The notes under the pieces are model-generated. The model saw only the letters and a program-made list of their open reading frames with translations, ran no database searches and was not told the origin of the DNA. Both the position numbers and the translations under genes were made by a program. From assembly GCA_002633005.1 (NCBI GenBank), contig NMRA01000211.1, forward strand, positions 570,790 through 634,789: a DNA stretch of 64,000 nucleotides, given 5' to 3'. The DNA is from Phoronis australis. Taxonomy: Eukaryota > Animalia > Phoronida. Position 1 is the stretch's first letter. Each line of letters opens with the position of its first letter. Positions 13,257 through 26,403 of the stretch are shown in pieces.

Positions 13257-13715
13257 CCTCAAGATGGGGGTGATCGGTTCAGCCATTTGAGGCTTGGATA
13301 TAGGAATTACCTTCTGTGCAATGATTGGTCGCTGCCTTAACGTCATTAAAACTAAGGCAAATTTTAATTATTTTCACAGACGTTGTTGCTGCCATTCAAG
13401 AAGCAGAAGGCATTGTTTTGCTTATTGTTTGTAACAAAGGTTGTTCGCGTAATTATTTTCACTTCTTTTTCATTAACTGTATCATAGAAATTAATCTGTT
13501 TTTGATTCAAAATATATCATTTTTTGCAATAATTTAGACATAAAATGCTGCAAAGTACCGTTAGTTTTAATTTTTAAGTGCAACTGCAAAAAAATCAAAG
13601 TTACGATACTCGTGATATTCCGGCTATTTCCGTGAAATTCTGTCACAATTCTGACACATTTCATATTCCGTAACAAAAGCCTCAATTGGCTAATCCGATC
13701 AGCGCCATCTTGAGG
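13257..13715. mobile_element. Probable MITE with about 37-bp TIRs
   Basis: CCTCAAGATGGGGGTGATCGGTTCAGCCATTTGAGGC is inverted as GCCTCAATTGGCTAATCCGATCAGCGCCATCTTGAGG. TSD not resolved. Confidence 0.5.
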
Positions 13716-13738
13716 CTGTGTATTCGGGTGGCTGAGAC

Positions 13739-16270
13739 CAAGGAGTGTAGTAGTATAGGAGAGTTCACTTGTGAGTTCGCTGTTACCGCTACTACTAGCG
13801 CCGCCAAGTGGTAAACAAGCAACGGTCAACCAGGAAGCGCCAAAACAATGGGGAAGGACGCATTTTACAGTGCGATAAATTGCATGAATTCATCCACGAA
13901 AACCCCAGACGTGTCATTTTGTAGGTTTCCTAAGGATCCAGTAAAGTAAGGATTATCTGTTATTCAATAATATGATACATTGTCTTTCATTTTGTGTGTT
14001 CTGTTCACGGTTGTTAGACAAGTCGATCGCAGTCCTGGTGCCCGGCACTGTCTGTTGTCTGCAGTGTAGGCTAGACCTACTGGGCAGCTGGCGAAAGGAC
14101 TATGATTAACGTACGATGTGATCGTCAGCTGTTTGGATACTTGCAGTCCATGTATTACAAATCAAAATGTCACTCTAACGATCGCAGGGATAATTTTAGG
14201 AAAACATTCACATGACCATGAGTGAATATGAATCGTGGTGACACGGCCATGGCACAATCACAGCCACAGGCCACAGGGCCTTAAGTCTTTCACTAGTCAA
14301 GTTAGAGAATCTGTGGGTCTCGGTGAAAAGTTGTGCAGCCCTTAAAATATCCGTGGATCGACATTTGAGTCCCAGTTTTTTTAGTTGACACCAAAACGCT
14401 TTTGTCTCTATCACAATCACAGTATGACAGGACTTCTGTAGTGTAGTTTAGTGTAGGCTACCAGTCTCTGTGAACCTGGTGAGTATGAGGTTTGTTCCTG
14501 AGTCTCTCATTGATTTCTGTTCAGGTGCAAGCACTGGGAGCCGACCTTATGAATAGAGTGCATCCTACTTGTCCAAGAACTGCAACTTATGCTCTCATCA
14601 CTTCGAGGAGTCCATGTTGATGAATGAAGAACAAGCTGGTATTGAATGCAGTGCCCGAGCAGTATTTGATGTCCCCAGTCCACCAAAAATGAAGACGTCA
14701 AAAAGTTCTACAGAAATTATGTTACAGCTGTGGAATAGGCTTTTTGCATTTCTGATTATCGTCTCACAAAGCAAGTACTGGAACATCACGTGTAGAAAGG
14801 ACAATTAGTCAAAATCTGGTTTTCTTATCTTACTCAGATTGATCAGATTAAAACATTTTATGAATGGTTAGCCTGTGATTTGAAGAGAGCCAAAGTGAAA
14901 CTGATGGGTCTTTTAGAGTCTGAATGGTGGGCTGACATTTTGTTAAACCCAAGCTATCCGTATCATTTTGCTTCACAATGACAAACATCTCTGTGAGTAA
15001 ATTAGTTATCAGCTTCAACGCATTTCCTTGGCAAAAATAGCTGTTGTTCACTAGTAAATTAATAGAGAGTGAGAAGGTTGGTTAGATTTTCTTGTTGTAT
15101 TGATGTATGTGTTGCCTGTTTTGTACGTTTTTAGAGATTGTGATTAATTTAAGCCCCAGTTGTGGCTAAGTAACAAATATGATCTGGTGGTCTAGCTTTA
15201 GCTTACCTGAAATATTTACTGTTATTGATAATATGAACAGTGGGTATAGAAAATAAATATTTTAGTTTTATCATCCAACGGGACCACCACTGTGAATTGC
15301 GCGTTTGCGTTTCTTTAGTGGACTTTTGTCCCATTTTCTCGGAATTTTTGTCTCTCGGGGACGGACCTTTTTGACCACTTCGCCAAATGGGGGGCTCGTT
15401 TGAGTCCCCCGAGCCCGCTGGGTGCGCGCGTGGGAGAGTGCGATCGAGTTAACTCTATGCTGCCATGTCAAAGAAATAATGGAATGTTCTAAAATTATAT
15501 TACGATTTTGTGGTAGTGATGAATTGCTTTCTTCTTCTTACATGTGTAACACCCACTACACCAAACAATTGTTCACATTGCTAGTATCCTGGTGCATTGA
15601 ATAGAGAACACCGGCATGCGAAATTGTTGGGTGGAGGTGAAACCAGCAGTGAACTGGGAGCAACATGTTTGCCAATGCTCAGGGGAGCAACCAAAATTTG
15701 TGACGATGGGAGGGGCTCAACACTCATGTGACATACCCCATTGGTTTACCTGTTTAGCACTCCTCCCATGTTACCCCCCTGGGAGGGGGTCAACACCCAT
15801 TTGGCGCCCACCTGGTTTTTGCCTGGTATCCCCTTAGCTGTCACCTGGGGGGAATTACCCTCTGAACCCCCAGGAGCAATCATTCAAATTTTGTAGTCCG
15901 TGCAGGTATGAACTGTTGTAAGGAAAGATAATTTGCCTTGTTAAGAACTCAAACATGAAACAAAAAAAGGGAGCTTCAAGAGAATAAAAACAAATACACT
16001 TTAATATTGATTAAAATACACATTTTCTTTCTCATTCGATTATAAGTGGATGTTAGTTTACATATTCTATCCGTTTTCAATAACACAGTAATTTTATTGC
16101 ACGTTGAACGTCATTAAAGTATGAATGCATCAGTGTTTACATTGTTCGGACTGCGCTCCTAAGTAAGTGTTGATTCTTCACCGCTTGGAGCGCTAGTGTT
16201 TCGACCGGTAACCATTGCGGCGAATGGTAAAATGGCGGAGTGAACTCTCCTGTAACTACTACACTCCTTG
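13739..16270 (+). mobile_element. Non-autonomous P-element-like transposon (2532 bp)
   Basis: About 32-bp TIRs beginning CAAGGAGTGTAGTAGT...GGAGAGTTCACT. Perfect 7-bp TSD CTGAGAC (13732-13738 and 16271-16277). Inverted subterminal ACTAGCGC..CCAAG.GGT motif and internal THAP exons. Confidence 0.85.
13848..14700 (+). pseudogene. Two-exon THAP domain remnant of a P-like transposase
   Basis: Exon 13848-13945 encodes MGKDAFYSAINCMNS..SFCRFPKDPVK with a GTAAG donor. Acceptor TTCAG at 14524 is followed by CKHW.. and LCSHHFEES..VFDVP, disrupted by an indel and stop. Confidence 0.7.
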
Positions 16271-16412
16271 CTGAGACTGAAGTGTTGAATTATGGGATAG
16301 AATTGTCTATTTTCACTATAAACAAATATTTCAGTTTACAAATGCATTGCGAGCGTCCTGAGTCTAATAAAGCAGTCCAGGCCATCTGACAGGAAACTTC
16401 ATGATGCTGCAT

Positions 16413-16417
16413 TCATC
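16413..16417 (-). CDS. Lectin copy B probable terminal exon (completes Gly, then TGA)
   Basis: Strong acceptor TTGTATTGTATATTTTACAG|GA TGA is phase-compatible with exon 3, ending the protein at ...CEVIING*. Confidence 0.5.
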
Positions 16418-17657
16418 CTGTAAAATATACAATACAAAATACTTAACAATTCCAAAAGTGACAGACAATCATATGCACGAGCCCTCCAAGAATCCACACA
16501 ATTATCCAAACGATCATTGCTGAAGCATCTGAACCCCAATGAAATCCACAGATGGCAAAATCTTTCTCACGAAGATACATCCGCAAAAATTTCGGTCCAC
16601 GTATATCGATTTGGTGTCATTTTTCTCGCCCTCAGAAATACGTTAATGCAACTGAAAACGCAAGTTATTTTCTGAGCTTTTTTGATTGTCATTTACAATG
16701 AATACAAGTGCACAAAAGAACATTGAGTTTACATATGAAAGGCAGTTGCGTGGATGCGACTTCAATCTGTAGGCACCAAAGTAAGAAGGTTACATGAACT
16801 ACAATGTAAGGGTCACCAAAAGGAAGGTAATTTCAATTAATAAACTCGTGCCCATTTTTCTTAAAATCATTATAAACAGAGCAGAAGTGAAAAAGCAATT
16901 TTTTGCTATAAACCTCGAAAAAAGCATTTATTCTTATTTTCATTGTTAAGCATCGGAAATAGTCAGCGGTAAGTAAAAAAATGACCTTTCATATTCTGCT
17001 GCTCATAATATAGGTCTTTAATCACTCAAGACATATTCATAAGTGCTTTGGTCAATGATAGCTAGGTATATATGTACAGTGAATAATGACTTGCTTTAAT
17101 ATCTAACTCCATTGCTTCTTCGCGCTTCGACCTCATTAATAACATTGACCAGATGGGTGAAAATTACACACATAAATTACGTGGTTAAGGAGAATGTAAC
17201 CATTTCAGAAAAATAGTTAAATCTCACATGAACAAACCAGTTGTTACTATAAAAATTAGATGTATTACTGTTTACTGAAATAATTTCTAAAAAATATTTC
17301 TAGACTGTGGTGCGCTCATATCCACTTGACTTAACGGTTTTTTTAGCAATTTTGAACTGGGAGCGTAAGACTAAATTTCTGTTTTAAGCCTTAAGTGATC
17401 AATTTCACAAAACAGAACCCTGTGCTTGGAAGAATTCACAGTTCGTTGTTCGCCTAACCCTGTTCTACAATGTGGGTTGAGTTTAAGTCTGGTGATCACT
17501 GTATGCCCTAAGCATGGAGCTCAAGAAATAACGAGGCATCACTTCCCAAACCCACAAGTCAATTATAATCTGAGTAAGGAACAAGTTGACGGCAATTCTA
17601 TAACGGCAAGTGGCCTAAACCGAAAGTTCGTTACAATGAGAGAAAACATTACTTCAC

Positions 17658-17882
17658 CATTTATTATAACTTCGCATAGCGTGAGTGTCTCCGATTCTCC
17701 TGGAATTTGAATAACCAAGTATCGTCCGTGGACTGGAGACGGGTCACAGGGAATGGTCAATGTCGCTCCTTGGGGAAAAATCCCACCGTAGAATTTACAA
17801 AGCTCGTAATCCCCTGAATTTCTTGTGTTTGGAGTACCAGTCGCGTTGCTTATCTTGATCTCAAAATCGTGCAATCGATCAC
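17658..17882 (-). CDS. Lectin copy B exon 3: C-terminal half of F-type lectin domain
   Basis: Acceptor TTTGATTCAG|, then GDRLHDFEIKIS...LCKFY...TIPCDPSPVHGRYLVIQIPGESETLTLCEV (typical GRY...LTLCEV fucolectin end). Donor G|GTGAAG at the same position as in the paralog at 61823. Confidence 0.9.
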
Positions 17883-18121
17883 CTGAATCAAAGGCATCAA
17901 TATATATACTTGCACTGGCAAAATTCTTTGTCAATTTAGGAGTGACCTGCATGTCGACTGACAAGAGTGTAGCACGGAGTGTGGGCCTGAGTCAACCTAT
18001 AGAGAGGGTGATGAAATAAACCGTGCCACTGTTGTAAACAGAGGATCATCTGCTTGCGATTCGACGATTCGGGGAGACGGTCGTGGATACTACTGCTATC
18101 TTCATAGTAGGCGTAACTTAA

Positions 18122-18718
18122 AGTGCTCAAAATCACCAATTTCATATCAAAATACTAAAAAACAACTGCACCTGTCTATCAATTGTCCATCTAGAACACC
18201 GTCCCGCAAATACTGTTCGACAACATGCTTATTAGCTTATCTCGCTTATGAGCTATTATTGGTCAATACATACTACTAAAATCGGGAAAAACAAATCTCA
18301 GCACTAAGTTCATTCAGTTTAGTGAAAAGTCGTCAGATATTGATTCTCGTTCCCTTGGTTTATTGTATAGTAAGGAATGGCGAGACGTTGTGTCTGTAGA
18401 GGTTGTGACAACTTAGTATTTTGCCACACTGTATTTCTTTTCACTTTCCGTGGGACATCGGAGAAGAGCGGACATGGCGCATGTTTGTACAAGAAACTCG
18501 CGTGTTGGTGGACATGACTTACTGGCGCCATGTACGTTCACACGTCACACTGCATGTCCGTGGATCTAAGAAACTTTCAATTGAAGTCTCTTTTCTGCTA
18601 CTTTCTCGTTTTTGGGATATTGAATTCACGATTGTGATATGCAGTGCTAAGTTTAGTGAAGCTGACAATGTAGTCACTCGTCAAAACAATGTACATGTAA
18701 ATGGTGGTTTAAAGTACT
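18122..18718. mobile_element. Old Kolobok-type MITE in intron 2
   Basis: TTAA|AGTGCTCAAAATCACC ... GGTGGTTTAAAGTACT|TCAA. Absent from the paralogous intron, where 62378-62440 joins the two flanks. Confidence 0.45.
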
Positions 18719-21700
18719 TCAAAGCCATCTAGACGCATTATATCGAAAGTTTACAATTTGCTTAAAATAATATATTATGCATATGATCAAGAACCATCTG
18801 ATACGATACCAAAATCACGTACGTAGGACAAATAATAGCTGAAATGTATTTCAACACTAGATCCAACAGGAAACGTGTCACCCCACTAAACATGATACTG
18901 GATATTTGTTGCTTGTTACCGCGTGTACCGCATACAGGTTTACGTTTCTGGGCCACTGATGGCCCAATACCGTCCAACGACACTAACCGAGTGAACCCTT
19001 CCCTTCCGAGCCGCCAGTACAAAAACGATTCCGGCGCCATAATGCTTGAGTGGTAAACACAGACTTGAACACTTGAGGGCAGTTATAGACCTGTCCACAG
19101 GAGGGCGCTTACTAATTTAGCACTAAGTTTTCGTTTAAAAATTAGCATCAGATGTGTGACGGTAAAATTGACAGTTTTCATGAAAACTTTCCACCAGATG
19201 ACTCTCATTAAAAACCGCCATTTTGAAATTTCCGTGGAAGGAACACTTGAGTTGTTCTAAAGTTTGAAACCAGCATGTGTGACATGAAAATGAAGGATTT
19301 TGATAGTGAACTTCACATTTCTGCTTAATTTCATATTTCTTTACTTTGAATGCCGTTCCAATGTCTGTAAGAGTATATACATTATTTCACAAACGTTCTC
19401 AGCTTCTGATCGTCTCCAAATCCAACAATACAATAACTAACAAATTTTCTAAAGAAAACGGTATTAGATGTAGCGATTTCTTTCTTGTAAGTACAAAAAT
19501 CTTAAGAATTTGTGATAATTATTTTTCTCACATGACCTGGAATGTGTTACGACACGACTGGTTTAGGACACCGAGTACGTAAGTTTGATATTATATGGGC
19601 AAATCACAAAGTAGTGCAAAGTAGAAATCCACACGCCTTACATTTTATTGCCTGCAAAACACTAAACCAAACGCGCTCCAACCAAACAATGCCGGAATTC
19701 CGAGAAGGTGACAAGGTTACGACTGACAAATCTGGTGTAGTAAACTACGTACTCCCAGTCGGAAGGACATGCAAACAACTTCTTATACGGATCCATCTTC
19801 GGCGGCGAATTCCACATTCAGGTTCATTCAAACGGGGATGAGCCCTAACCTAACTCAAGAAACGCGGCGAGACTGTCTAGCTGTCATGTCTCAAGGTAAA
19901 TTAAGCGCTCACGCGCGGGGAAGCCTTGCTGATTGTTATTAATAAATATTTTTAAGTTTTAATATTACAACTTCAAAGACTATTTATTAGATTCTAACCT
20001 AAATATTTGATACGAAAGCTAAATGCAATTTACAATTGTTATGCTTAAAATAAACCTATTAAAGGCCTTCTTGCAAACTGCCCATGTGGTTCCAGTATCC
20101 GAAAATACTTACTACATAAATTCTTATTTTCGACACCCTTTCTTTATATTCTTTTCGCCTTTCTTGCCAAAACCGATTTTTTAACAGTATTTGACCCTTC
20201 TCTCTGAGCGTATGATTACCGGTTGTCATCGGTTATTTCCGTATCCACATTTCCGGCTCTTCAGTTCAGGAACTTGTCCTGAACGCCGCCTTTTTCTCCT
20301 TGTAACTGAATGTGCTATGGCTTGCTCGAAAAGTCTTCATTATTTTGTTTTATTAGTAATATATCGTGATTCGTTTGCATATGTAGAGTATTTATAGTTT
20401 GTAGTTTGTGGTCGTTGATTTTTTTGGAATATTACGCGTACTTAGTATGTTAAAATAGCATTGGTGTTTAGTTCCTTACGTAGGCCGGTCGAACCTAGGA
20501 ACCAATATGGGTCGAACCTATTTTTTTCGGTTTTATTTTTTCCTCGTTTTGAAAAAGTACTTTGCTATCATCGGAAAGGTAGTACATTCTACTCAGTAAA
20601 AATCGAAAAAGTATCAAAATCGGGGCAAGCACTGTAAAGTTATTGCAAGTTTTGTGGCGAAATTTGGGTCACTTTGTTTGGATCGCGTCGGCCATATTGG
20701 AGGACAGCGGGATGAGTTACGAGTTTAAAACTTTGTGTAAATTGTTTTCGCCAACAAATTACGGTGAAATTTAGTTAGACATATCTTTACTTACTATTCT
20801 GCACGATTTAGCAGTGTTCACCAAATTTCAGCCTCGCAGTTGTTACTCATTAAGTGATAAATGTGCTCACAATTCCCGTTGGACTTCGTCTCATTTCTGG
20901 CGGCACCTACAATGTCGACTTTTGCTGAACTGAAAGGCATGTTCAATCGGCTACTTTGTAATTTGTGAAGATTTAACGTTGATACATTTTGACAAACGTT
21001 GCTACAAAAAAGAAACTTTGTTCAATTTTCGTGTTTTTTGTGTTTGTGGCCAGCGACCAGTTAGGCCTAAGGGTAGTCTTGGCGCAAAGCTGTCTAGGCC
21101 TACTAACAAGCTGTATTTTGACTATAGTCTTCACTGGTAGCTGGTGACTGAGGCTAACTAAGGTCTGCCGCGGCAGTGTGACACAGGACTAACCAGCCCG
21201 TAATTTCATGCAAGTGTCTGAAACTACCCTTGAATATATGCAGCATTTATCATTTGACCATTTTACTTCGACAAAACAGCTTGCAACCGCATGCATTTAC
21301 CGTTCGCCAGTGTCTGGTCTCGATCCGCACCGGGTCCGATAGGCTGCGGTCCCGAGTCTGGCAAAATAATTTCTGTCAAAATTTATTCGCCACATTTCTT
21401 CAGCAAATTCCATAAAATTGTCCGTAGTTTGATTTTATCAAAATTAAGGCGCGCTGTCGATTTTTTATCCCCGTTTGCTGGCTGGTAACAGTACAGGCAC
21501 TGCTCCAGTCGAACTGACGGCGTTTTCTCGGCCTGGGTTCCTGAATGAATTGTACTTCCGGGTTCGCGACAAGTTCAAAATGGCGGTGTTTCTTCGGGTG
21601 CGAATCGTGAGTGGCGCGTTCATTTAAACTGTTTTCGAGTACGGATCGTGTATTAGTTATGGGGTAGGTAATTCTTGGATCCTTATAACATCTTCTAACC

Positions 21701-22175
21701 ATGTAATAAGGGTTAACAACGCGTGAGAGAAGGACTTTAACAAAAAGTAACTGAATTAATTTACATTGCGCAAGGGTGTTTTTACTAAAGTTGCGTCGCG
21801 TGGTTGAAAGTTTTCGACACGTCAAGTTTTTTAGCAAAAAACATCGATTTTATGGTTCATGTGAGAAAACAAATCCTACACTCGTCTCAGTTTTTTATTT
21901 TTGGAAATTCCCAAGAGGTTTTGCCCATGTCATAAACCTGAGACTAAATATCAAGATTTGGTGAAATCGCAACAAGCTGAAAGATGGGATGATTTTGCAT
22001 GCGTAAAACAAATTTCACTTGAGCGCAATCAGCCAAGAGCATCGCAGTAATCCTGAGACATCGAAAAAAGAGGCTTTTTCCAAATCTGTCTCCATAGTCT
22101 ACCATTGTTACGCTTCCTCAGATGGGCCATGTCAGTATTCCCATACTGTCATTATTGCGTTTTTTCATGCCCATC

Positions 22176-22766
22176 TTGCAGAGTCTTATATAGTTCTTCC
22201 ACTTACGTCACAATCAATGATATTATTCTTAATCATCATCTTGTTTTACTTTACAACATAGCTTGTGGCGTACCCCGGGCTCAATTATAGATTACGATAA
22301 ATTAAACTTAACTTGTTAAATGCAATTACCGTCATATTTTTGACATTTGCCACTTTATTTTTGTTCCAATCGTTGGGGTTTATTTTGCATTACTCATCTC
22401 TATTTACAGCATCAAGGTTATACTTCTGTATTTATACATTTCTCTACTCGACACCTGATTGGCCACTCATATTTTTTTGTTCAGTTCAACGTGGTTTAGC
22501 TCATTCAGCCACCTACATCATCGTCTACAAGACCTACGTCCGTACTTTGCATTTTTCCCACCCTCCATCCCGGATGTCCGTTCAATTTTTTATTGTTCCC
22601 CTTATACAAGTTTTTTGTTTGTAATCTGTACATTTTCTGTAGGCCCTTCAGGCAGAGTCTTTTTGCAGAGTATTACATAGTTCTTCCACTTACGTCATAA
22701 TAAATGACATTATTCTCAATCCTAATCATGTTATACTCTGCAACATAACTCGTGACGTACCCCGGG
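22176..22766. repeat. Pair of about 104-bp direct repeats 487 bp apart
   Basis: TTGCAGAGT...TAGTTCTTCCACTTACGTCA...GTACCCCGGG at 22176-22279 and 22663-22766. Confidence 0.85.
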
Positions 22767-23200
22767 AAAATCTAAGCGCAAATATGTGTTCCTTCCAGAG
22801 GTGTTTGAATAATATGATGACTCCTCTCTCACCCCCTGTATACTGTTTTGTAGACCTAGACAGATAGTTAGTTCAGTTTCGAGGATTAGAGAACACTATA
22901 TAATGTGTTTAAGGTGCTGTCTATTCCTAGGTTTACATTATGTTCCGGGTGGCCATTGTAGCCCTTTTGTCCTAAATGAAATATCACGGTGTAGTTTTGC
23001 CACGTTTTTCTCAATATTCAAGTTTTGCATCCGTAGCCATCACGCGTTTGCGCTGATGTCTTGCTGAATCGTGAATGCTGTTATAATGAAAATCTCATGT
23101 GGATGGCGGGAAATGAGGCTCATTTTGAAGCGCTATAAAGCAGCTGTGTCAGCGATATTAGTGATAGTGGAGACATTTTTTAATGCAAAATCCTGTGTTA

Positions 23201-23637
23201 CTGTCAAGGTACCCAAACTACACGGTCAACGGGCTCATAAACACGGGCACAGACGCATGAACACGACTCGCGGACCTGCAAACACCGCCCACTGACTCAC
23301 AAACACGAGAACGGACTCACAAAACACGATCCACGCACCCAAATACTCGGGACAAGGACTCATATTCACGAGGAAACACGGTTAACGGACCGCCAAACAC
23401 GGGTCACGGACTCATCGGCTTCCTGAGTTAACTGACATCTTCATTTTGTCCGTAAACCGGGTTTGGCGGTCCGTTAACCGTGTTTCCTCGTGAATATGAG
23501 TCCGTGTCCCGTGTATTTGGTTGCGTGGATCGTGTTTTGTGAGTCCGTTCCCGTGTTTGTGAGTCAGTGGACCGTGTTTGCAGGTCCGTGCCCGTGTTTA
23601 TGAGTCCGTTGACCGTGTATTTTAGGTATCTTGACTG
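23201..23637. mobile_element. Foldback MITE with about 200-bp internally repetitive TIRs and TTA TSD
   Basis: Near-perfect long inverted arms made of roughly 21-bp ACACGGG..CGGACTCA subrepeats, with a short spacer. Flanked by TTA on both sides (PIF/Harbinger-like target). Confidence 0.85.
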
Positions 23638-25041
23638 TTATTGTTGTTGTGGTTGGTATGTGCTTAAATATATTGTTGTACTTTGTAGCCATTTTAGCAT
23701 TGACTGGGAGTAGACAAGGTGAAATGTTAAAAAATCAGTGACACTGTCACACCACAGCGAAAATAGAAATATATTTGAGACACATACATGAAATGCATTT
23801 TTAGTATAAACAAAAGACGTTGTTCATGCTAGGTTATGATAATGTTGTATGGCGTAGCCTGTACACATTCAGTAGTCTAAAGTTAATTTATTCGCCAAAT
23901 GCATGCATGTTGTTGGTATAGTATTTACATTTTCCCTTTTCATCTTCATTTCATTACACATTTCAGGCGTAGCCTGTGCTTTTAATATGTTTAGTCTCTT
24001 TGTTATCATGTTCATATTACTAAAACAAAACACCAGTAATAAAGCACATTGTGCTAAATTAATAATATTGGAAATCGGCACACAGTTTCCTTTCACAAAT
24101 ATTAAATACTTTTCAATAAACAATTGTAATTTCGGTTATGGTTCACCATTTAACGAATAAAAGAATAAACACAACTTATAGAATCATGTACAGGTGATAA
24201 GTGTTCTCTTGAAGCAATCTGTAGACGTGATCCACCAAAATGGCGTCCTAAACAGTCGTAACTATGTGGTGATGTACTGTGCAAATCAATAACATTGCGG
24301 TTGTCGTTTTTGACAAACCTTTTATTTAAAAATGTTATTTCATCGCAGGATAAAACATCCCGTCACGATTCAGACCTAATTATCAAGAGTATCCCACAGC
24401 CTCCGTGTATAACTTGCTCCCTTGCATAATTTTTTAGAGATTTAGAGCTAAAACAGGAAGTACACTCACGTCTTGTGGAGTCTAGGTGATAGGCCGTAGG
24501 TCATTAATCCGAAATTCCAATAGTTCGCAACTCCGAAAGTTGAAGTTCGGCATTAATTTTTAGACTATTGGACCTTCGGACTCATGAAGCTTCTGAGTTA
24601 AGCGACAAAGCGAAACCCTCCATTTTTGTCAGACTTGTGTACTTTCGGACTAATGATCCCTTGCACTTGTTTAGATTTATGTCCCTTGGGACTTACCGTA
24701 TGGACTTTAATAACGCCTGCATTTGTCGGAGTTGTGAACCTTTGGAATATTGAGCCGCATCGTTTTGATGAGTTTACTATGTTCTAAATTGGCGACGGCC
24801 TCCTTAATGTTTCCTATTTATCCTTTTTGTATCAAATGTCGGGTTGGTAATGAAAATAACCAAAGCCCACGTTTTTAATATTAAAAAGAATTCTTCAGAA
24901 ACGGTTGATTTTTACATTTACTAAACTAATTTGTTAAAGAAACGAAGATTGATAACGGTAGCCCTTTGTTTACTCAAACTTCGTTAAAGACAAATCCTGT
25001 CTTTGACAAGTTTATAATATACATAAACAAACACATGCACA

Positions 25042-25044
<3 letters not shown>

Positions 25045-25091
<47 letters not shown>
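25045..25091. repeat. (AT)n microsatellite
   Basis: Direct reading of the sequence. Confidence 0.97.
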
Positions 25092-25096
<5 letters not shown>

Positions 25097-25099
25097 GTA

Positions 25100-26403
25100 C
25101 TTTTATATTATGGTTGTAACCCCTTGTCTTTAAGTTTCTTGAGAAACTATTTCTCTAATCGGGCTCAGTATGTTCAAATTAACAACACAAAATCTAACAC
25201 AGTTCCAATTCTACGAGGTGTCCCACAGGGGTCTATATTGGGTCCGTTATTATTCATCATTTATATGAATGATTTTGTGAAGTGCACAAGTTTCTTTGAC
25301 TGCATACTCTATGCTGATGATACTACTATTATTAATAGTATTCATAGCACATTGTCTGTTAATGAGTCACGCATGTTTTGTGCGGAGCTGGAGAAAATTC
25401 AGTCTTGGTTAAACGTAAATGGACTGGTTTTAAATGCAACTAAAACAAAATTCATGGTTTTTCATAAACCCCCAAAACGTATTGATGATTTTTATTTAAA
25501 GTTTAATAATTTGGAAATTGAAAGAGTTCGTTCTTTCAATTTACTTGGTGTTACCATCAACAAAAACTTGTTATGGAGTCCACACATAAACAGTTTGTTG
25601 AGAAAGATAAGCAGTTTCTGTGGTGTTCTTAATAACATAAAACATTTTCTTGCCCTTTGAAACTTTGAAAACTATATATAATGGCCTTGTCCTTCCTCAT
25701 TTTAATTATGGCATTCTGCTATGGGGGTGTGAACATCATAGAATATTTAAATTACAGAAAAAGGTTATTCGCAATATTACCTCTAGTCATTTTAATGCCC
25801 ATACAGATCCTTTATTTAAGACTACACAGTTACTCAAAGTAAAGAACTTGTACGTTGTTGCTATTATTAAATTTTTCTACAAATTTGTTCATAATTACTT
25901 ACCTTCATTTTTTAACACGTTCAATTTAATAACTCGTGGGTCTGTTCATGAACATTACACTAGGCAACGACATCTTTTACATACTCCCCGTTGTACTAAA
26001 TCCTTTGTTGAAGATTCAGTTCGCAATGCCCTAGCTCATATCATTAATATCCTTCCTGAAAGTGTCTCCCAAAAACTTTTTACCCATTCGTTATCCTCTG
26101 ATATAAATTATTTTAAGAATGTTTGTTTTGAAAATTATGAACTTGAGTGCACTATTCCCAACTGCTTTGTATGCAACTATTTTCGATAATCTCTCCCAGT
26201 CTTTACACAAGTAGTTTTAAAGTACATCATCACCTAATTTTTATAGTTCTGCTTATCTGTATATTTTTTCTTTCTTATTCTCTGGTGGCTCCGTGGTCAG
26301 CGTACCTCTCGGGTCCTTCACGGAGTCTCCATAAGCGTAAATCTGTTTCAACTGTATTTTTTGGTTTTTGACTTAAAGTGAATAAAGTGTATTACTACTA
26401 CTA
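25100..26403 (+). mobile_element. 5'-truncated CR1-group LINE (Crack/Daphne/L2-like), RT C-terminal half
   Basis: GVPQGSILGPLLF and LYADDT motifs, a frameshift near 25650-25660, a C-terminal CTIPNCFVC, then a 3' UTR ending in AATAAA and a (CTA)n tail. Confidence 0.92.

Noticed and set aside
20480-21900. Old TIR transposon in intron 2
   Set aside because: Only scattered short inverted matches; ends and TSD could not be defined.
23201-23637. CRISPR-like short repeats
   Set aside because: The repeats are contiguous, degenerate and mirrored as TIR arms, with no unique spacers, no cas genes and a eukaryotic context.
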